Below, piece by piece: positions 60,401-64,000 of a stretch of 64,000 bases of DNA (position 1 is its first letter; each line of letters starts with the position of its first letter). The position numbers were made by a program, and so were the translations under genes. The notes under the pieces were generated by a model that worked only from the letters and a program-made list of their open reading frames with translations, was not told where the DNA came from and did no database searches. Origin of the DNA: a virus; IMG/VR virus record IMGVR_UViG_3300020187_000022, positions 4,336 through 68,335 of that record. The stretch is one strand, 5' to 3'.

Positions 60401-61238
60401 TTAACTGAAATTGTCCAAGTGGTGCATTTTTAAGTTCTTCAAGTTTTAAAGCAAATGCTTTAGGATCTATTTCTTCTCCTATTTCTCTAACAGTACGTGT
60501 TGTTTGTGCATCAACAATAGCTGGTTTACCAACTTGCCTTAACCATTTTTCATTATTTTTGTTGAGTTGTAAAAATTCAGGAAGTTTAGAATCTATGTTA
60601 TTATATGCAAAAGGATTATATTTATATGTATTTTTAGGTATATATTTAGTTACATTCTTTGCTTGTGACAACGTAGCAGGAACAACAGGCAAAGCACCTA
60701 AAGCATCAAACCCTGCATCTATGTAATTACCTTGTTCTAAATTTCTTTTTGATGAAGTAGCATATTTAAGCCATGCAGCAGGATTTAAAATGTCAAACGC
60801 ATAAGTATCATACTCATTTCTGTTTTCTGCTTTAATCGGAATACGGTCAGGTAAATCTTTTCCTTGCGTTAAATAACTAAGTGTAGTCATAGGACTAGCC
60901 ATATAGTCTAAAGCTTTTTCATACCATGCTGGTTCTTCATACTGTGATATAGTTGCCTGCTCGCGTCCTTTCTGTGCCAAGGGTGTTTCAAATACAACAT
61001 CACCAGGAAACTTATAATCATTACCTGGTATCATTATTTGTTCATTACCCAAATTGTCTGTACCCTTAACAGGAAAGTCTACATCTTCCATAGTAATATT
61101 ACCTGACTCAATTATATTGTAAGGATTGTTTACATCTTTACTGTAACGCTTATAACCTTCTACAGATATATGTTGAGTTATATCTTTTAAAAACTCATTT
61201 GGTCCACCAGGTAATCCTATGCTTTTTTTGTTTTCCAT
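57456..61238 (-). CDS. multidomain peptidoglycan-acting protein: 3x LysM, 2x lysozyme-like, L,D-transpeptidase (YkuD)
   Basis: LysM YxVxxGDT/N repeats; HES...GRGLFQF; VVIDK...IHGT...SNGCI; TESNFG...SVGYTQI. Confidence 0.85.
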   Translation of the reverse strand: MENKKSIGLPGGPNEFLKDITQHISVEGYKRYSKDVNNPYNIIESGNITMEDVDFPVKGTDNLGNEQIMIPGNDYKFPGDVVFETPLAQKGREQATISQYEEPAWYEKALDYMASPMTTLSYLTQGKDLPDRIPIKAENRNEYDTYAFDILNPAAWLKYATSSKRNLEQGNYIDAGFDALGALPVVPATLSQAKNVTKYIPKNTYKYNPFAYNNIDSKLPEFLQLNKNNEKWLRQVGKPAIVDAQTTRTVREIGEEIDPKAFALKLEELKNAPLGQFQLNKRYNGPFFKKGETFFKYDKTAKPGLDGLRNTRGRSGSSDFLMEFNPSDPTKYKGMDSYFQPAYMQVMQMDPKPFNKFVGDIGIMKPKMRNVDNFNFYKKDPIRGYRKTPLDELQPGGETGEYKVQKGDTFYGIANKNKIPWNALKEANPDLDYENLKLGQQLVLPNKIDRSPPMPKTGVSKNSNVLDYNALSNYLVDTRGGTVDTWGQLADTIAYHESSPWSRMDPKAKQYQGGPGRGLFQFEGESFDTALKRYKNVADAKGFTIKDSIVNAKSADELSSEDQYALFLANLIESKTKLSDFADGNISSLDVWLTGHKNVEADGDRASFLESKTAAGKEGIKNGYKTFQEGGEKYIVSAGDNLGKIANKYKTSVDELVRLNDISDPNMININQELVVPEISQDSTLNRYTIKSGDTLGKLATKYNTSVTQLAKLNNIQDVNKINVNQELILPDSYREEKPLKDEAWYSVDDIQKNNDKVNQLTDENIIINSQLLNNPNQAYVVIDKKTQRLKLYRGDEVDLDFEVLTGANDGDAQTVTNVIDYNKDGITTAADKRGGKYKTDWMAGNRSTGAGIYTINQSAPTSENRYQNAPSFNLLNESGIQVGTSIHGTPGFRNKFFDDGNLENNSASNGCINGKCSDLQALYNMNLPTGTPVFILPEDEGNSFQQVDGKAVMRMSSKNRKDYLEYTDLRGDKQEGQGGNYSTSTLSYKPIRAKLDKKLFEEKVYSTFDFNDDEEFNNTTKPFINALEKNKKEIMQAAQIPGDVYNQIAKIAFGIYGTESNFGDTHSGTGNLLRAANKYFDRQGSSSPDVISKYDTYDVQGDNNSVGYTQIRWSQLNDKEKTALKGFDIISNKDFLDPQKSAIATATILGIRYNEQLTADEKKDVWKNLPSKWNNRSNYSSRVKSNSRYLQFEQLDRLKKGGEIENNIMYKNYINGVYTGSKMESKAEKIYDKLNRLHYKDAKAKQMTPANYVLTHVIG

Positions 61239-64000
61239 TATCTCAGAGATATAAGTAATTTAGTATTATTTAATCTTAACAACATTTTTCTATTACCAGA
61301 ATTTGATCTTCTTAATATTACATTTGTAAAGTAGCTTCTAAATTTTTTATGTTGCAATGGTGATTTTAAATAATTCAAATTAACAGTATTTAAATTTTTG
61401 ATATATCCGTTATACTCTGTATTCCATATAGGTTGTTCAGCATTTGTAAATTCACCTCTATCATTAGTTACATCCCAAAATTGATTAAACCTATATTTTT
61501 GTTCAACCTTAGAACATAAAATATCAATGTTGTTTGTATTGATAATAGGATAACTTAATTCTAAAATAGGATTGTTGAATGGTGTAGGTGTTAACTTTAA
61601 AAGTCCTGATACTTGCTCACTATTATATATAACAGCTTGATCAAAATTAAAAAGTAAATCTTCCCATTTGTCATCACCACATGCATTACCCATTACACCT
61701 TTGTATACAAAAGCTTGCATTTGATATTCAATACTCCTTAGTGTATTTACTTGTTGACCTGTATTAGCAACTAACTCTACTTCCCATGGATAATCAATAC
61801 CATAAAAATTAGCATAGCTATCACATCTTTCATTATGTCTCCATATTGTACCCACTTTGTTACTACCCGGTACAGTGTCGTAATAAAAATAATTACAAAC
61901 TTGAGGTGTTGGATCAACCCAAGCAGGATCACCAATAGAAAATATCTTTGGAGATGTACTTGGACATATTCCTGTAACAGTTGTTACTGCATCCGATATT
62001 GGTGCAGTTGGACATTCACATGTAACTTTTCTACATATTGGTTGTTGTTCTGGTAAATTACTACATGTACCTGATGCTTCTGTAAATAAACCACCTGTTG
62101 TAGGATTAGGATAAACTAAAGTATATCCGGTAGGACATGTACATACAAAAGGAATTGAACACAAAGATCCTGCTACATTATTTGCAACAGACTCTAATTC
62201 AGAATTATTCTGAGCATTCATTGTATACTGATTTGTTCCTGGAGTACTACTAGAAGTATTATAACGTGTATTAGATAAACTATCTAAAATAACAGCAGAA
62301 CTAGGTACATTTGTATTTGATCCACAAAATACACCTATAAGTTCTTGTTTATTAGCAGCACCTAAATTAGTTAATGCCCAAGATCCTGTATTTTGAGGTT
62401 GACTTACACCACTTATAATAGTTGGACTTTGTTGTTGTGATACTTGTCCACTATTTGCTTGTGTACCACCAGTACCATCTGTAACTGTAATTAACAATTG
62501 TTTAAAGAAACTACTTGATGATCTATCACCAAGACTAGAACCGGCTTTATTATTTAACAGTGCTAAAGCTCCACTTCCTGTTGTTGGTGAATTTGCATTT
62601 CCAAAAATTGCTTGTTGAGCATTTGTGCCACCACCAGCCCAATTATTTAAATACCAATTTATAATATCAATACGAGATTTAGTATTTGACATAGGATCCC
62701 ATGGTGTTGAACCACCTGCCCACCCAGTAAATCCAATTTGCATATTACCAGATGTTAATTCTGATTGAATTGCAGAGTCTTGTAAAAATACATCTAACCA
62801 TCTTAATTGTGCAGTAGATCTATTTGTATTACCCATAACTCCAGTAACAGGATTGTAATTAGGAGTACCAGTACTACCAGACCAATCCATTGCAATAACA
62901 ACGTCTATTAAACAATCTGTTGACCCACCTGTAACAGTTGATACAACATCATCTACTGTTACTGTTGATAATGCTGTTTCATTTATTAACTGCTCACATA
63001 ATCCTGTATCAGCATTTAAACCATATCCAGGAGGACATTGTGTTACATCAGTAGTAATAGTCTTTGTTGTAAAAAAATGATTTATACTTGGTAAAGAAAA
63101 CTCCGGGTGCCAATCATGAAATGATATCCATGCTTTAGCTTTAGGATCATAACTAATAGTCCAAGAACAATCTTCAAAGTATAAAGGATCGCCTAATACT
63201 ATAGGTACTCCTCCACCTGCTACTAAGCTTGATAGAATAAAACCTTCTGATTCATTATAACTTATAATTGATATATATTCTTGTTTAACTCTGTAATCCT
63301 TTTTCATAAAATAAATTACATCATCATTCTGATCATAAATAGATTGACAGCCAACACCTGCTATTGGGTTATCTGATAATACAGATTGTTCCAATTCTGG
63401 ATATTGTTTAACTAGCTGTGAAGGTAAGTATTGTTCAAACCACCACTTCATTCCATTATTAGATATAGCTTCTAATCCTTTGCCAGCATAATTAAATATC
63501 TTTCCTTGAGCTTGAGAAATATAAAATAAACCCATAGGCGTATTAATAACACTTCTTAAACTTTCACAAGAACCATATTCATTTGATAAATCTGAATTAG
63601 CTACATTTTGAAATGGTTGACTAAACAATCCACCATCACCTATAGTTAATTTAGTATCTAAACCTGTTTTAAGAGTGTCTAACCCTTGAAACATTTGTGG
63701 TGATAAGTAAGGGAAGAATATTATAGCTCCACTTTTATTTATAGGTTTTATTACATTTACCTTACTCTTAAAATCTTTATAGTTAAAATTTAAAAATACT
63801 CTCCAATAATCTTTTTTAGATTCTTCTTGTGCTTGCAAAGAATATATAAGTCTTTTAGGTCTTGCTACATAACAGTTTTCTGCTACATAAGGATCATAAA
63901 ATCTACCTTGCATTTGACCCCAAGATGATAATTGACTTGGAAATTTAGATGGACTTAAAGACTCATCATATTTATAAAAGTTATCTATCTTTTGTATTTG
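61238..64000 (-). CDS. tail stabilisation/muzzle-like protein (5' end beyond the window) with a vWA/Cys-rich insert
   Basis: Frame is open to the window edge. WTISY...WISFHDW beta-propeller-type tail motif, DWSGS MIDAS and CPxGY repeats. Confidence 0.7.
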   Translation of the reverse strand, partial: QIQKIDNFYKYDESLSPSKFPSQLSSWGQMQGRFYDPYVAENCYVARPKRLIYSLQAQEESKKDYWRVFLNFNYKDFKSKVNVIKPINKSGAIIFFPYLSPQMFQGLDTLKTGLDTKLTIGDGGLFSQPFQNVANSDLSNEYGSCESLRSVINTPMGLFYISQAQGKIFNYAGKGLEAISNNGMKWWFEQYLPSQLVKQYPELEQSVLSDNPIAGVGCQSIYDQNDDVIYFMKKDYRVKQEYISIISYNESEGFILSSLVAGGGVPIVLGDPLYFEDCSWTISYDPKAKAWISFHDWHPEFSLPSINHFFTTKTITTDVTQCPPGYGLNADTGLCEQLINETALSTVTVDDVVSTVTGGSTDCLIDVVIAMDWSGSTGTPNYNPVTGVMGNTNRSTAQLRWLDVFLQDSAIQSELTSGNMQIGFTGWAGGSTPWDPMSNTKSRIDIINWYLNNWAGGGTNAQQAIFGNANSPTTGSGALALLNNKAGSSLGDRSSSSFFKQLLITVTDGTGGTQANSGQVSQQQSPTIISGVSQPQNTGSWALTNLGAANKQELIGVFCGSNTNVPSSAVILDSLSNTRYNTSSSTPGTNQYTMNAQNNSELESVANNVAGSLCSIPFVCTCPTGYTLVYPNPTTGGLFTEASGTCSNLPEQQPICRKVTCECPTAPISDAVTTVTGICPSTSPKIFSIGDPAWVDPTPQVCNYFYYDTVPGSNKVGTIWRHNERCDSYANFYGIDYPWEVELVANTGQQVNTLRSIEYQMQAFVYKGVMGNACGDDKWEDLLFNFDQAVIYNSEQVSGLLKLTPTPFNNPILELSYPIINTNNIDILCSKVEQKYRFNQFWDVTNDRGEFTNAEQPIWNTEYNGYIKNLNTVNLNYLKSPLQHKKFRSYFTNVILRRSNSGNRKMLLRLNNTKLLISLR

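Noticed and set aside
31446-62056. Many 60-130 aa + strand ORFs within the giant - strand genes
   Set aside because: Antisense shadows of long coding frames; S/L/F/I-rich, often with non-ATG starts and no motifs.
1-64000. Stop-codon reassignment as in some crAss-like phages
   Set aside because: Genes are full length in code 11, TAG and TGA both end genes, and the tRNA seen is Arg, not a suppressor.
1-64000. CRISPR array, integrase, transposase or reverse transcriptase/DGR
   Set aside because: No regularly spaced DNA repeats or corresponding catalytic motifs were seen.

Overview
This window is about 64 kb of an AT-rich, lytic crAss-like (Crassvirales-type, Cellulophaga phi14:2-like) phage genome. 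The host is most likely a Bacteroidota/Flavobacteriia cell, judging from TAnnTTTG-type promoters, A/T-rich leaders without Shine-Dalgarno sequences and a class Id-type RNR. Bases 1-20.5 kb (+ strand) are the replication/recombination module: tRNA-Arg, SF2 helicase, Ung, DnaA-C-like HTH, DnaB, AAA_24 ATPase, SSB-like protein, primase, RusA-like resolvase, a vWA/MoxR five-gene block, PD-(D/E)XK exonuclease, PolB, MazG-like and DUF932-like proteins. Bases 20.6-64 kb (- strand) are the virion/late module: tail fibre, holin, three giant ejected-type proteins including a 4610-aa virion RNA polymerase (DFDID) with zincin motifs, three modular cargo-like proteins and a truncated tail protein. A + strand nrdB/nrdA island interrupts the late module. 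Main candidates for new biology: (1) a short Phi-x-x-G-G motif that delimits modules in the cargo proteins and makes up most of two mini-proteins, a possible packaging or cleavage code; (2) a LysM/lysozyme/L,D-transpeptidase polyprotein; (3) a vWA-MoxR operon flanked by three proteins sharing a helical motif, two of them BRCT-like; (4) a Mn-type class Id RNR; (5) a vWA/Cys-rich insert in the tail protein. All calls come from reading motifs by eye; no database searches were run.
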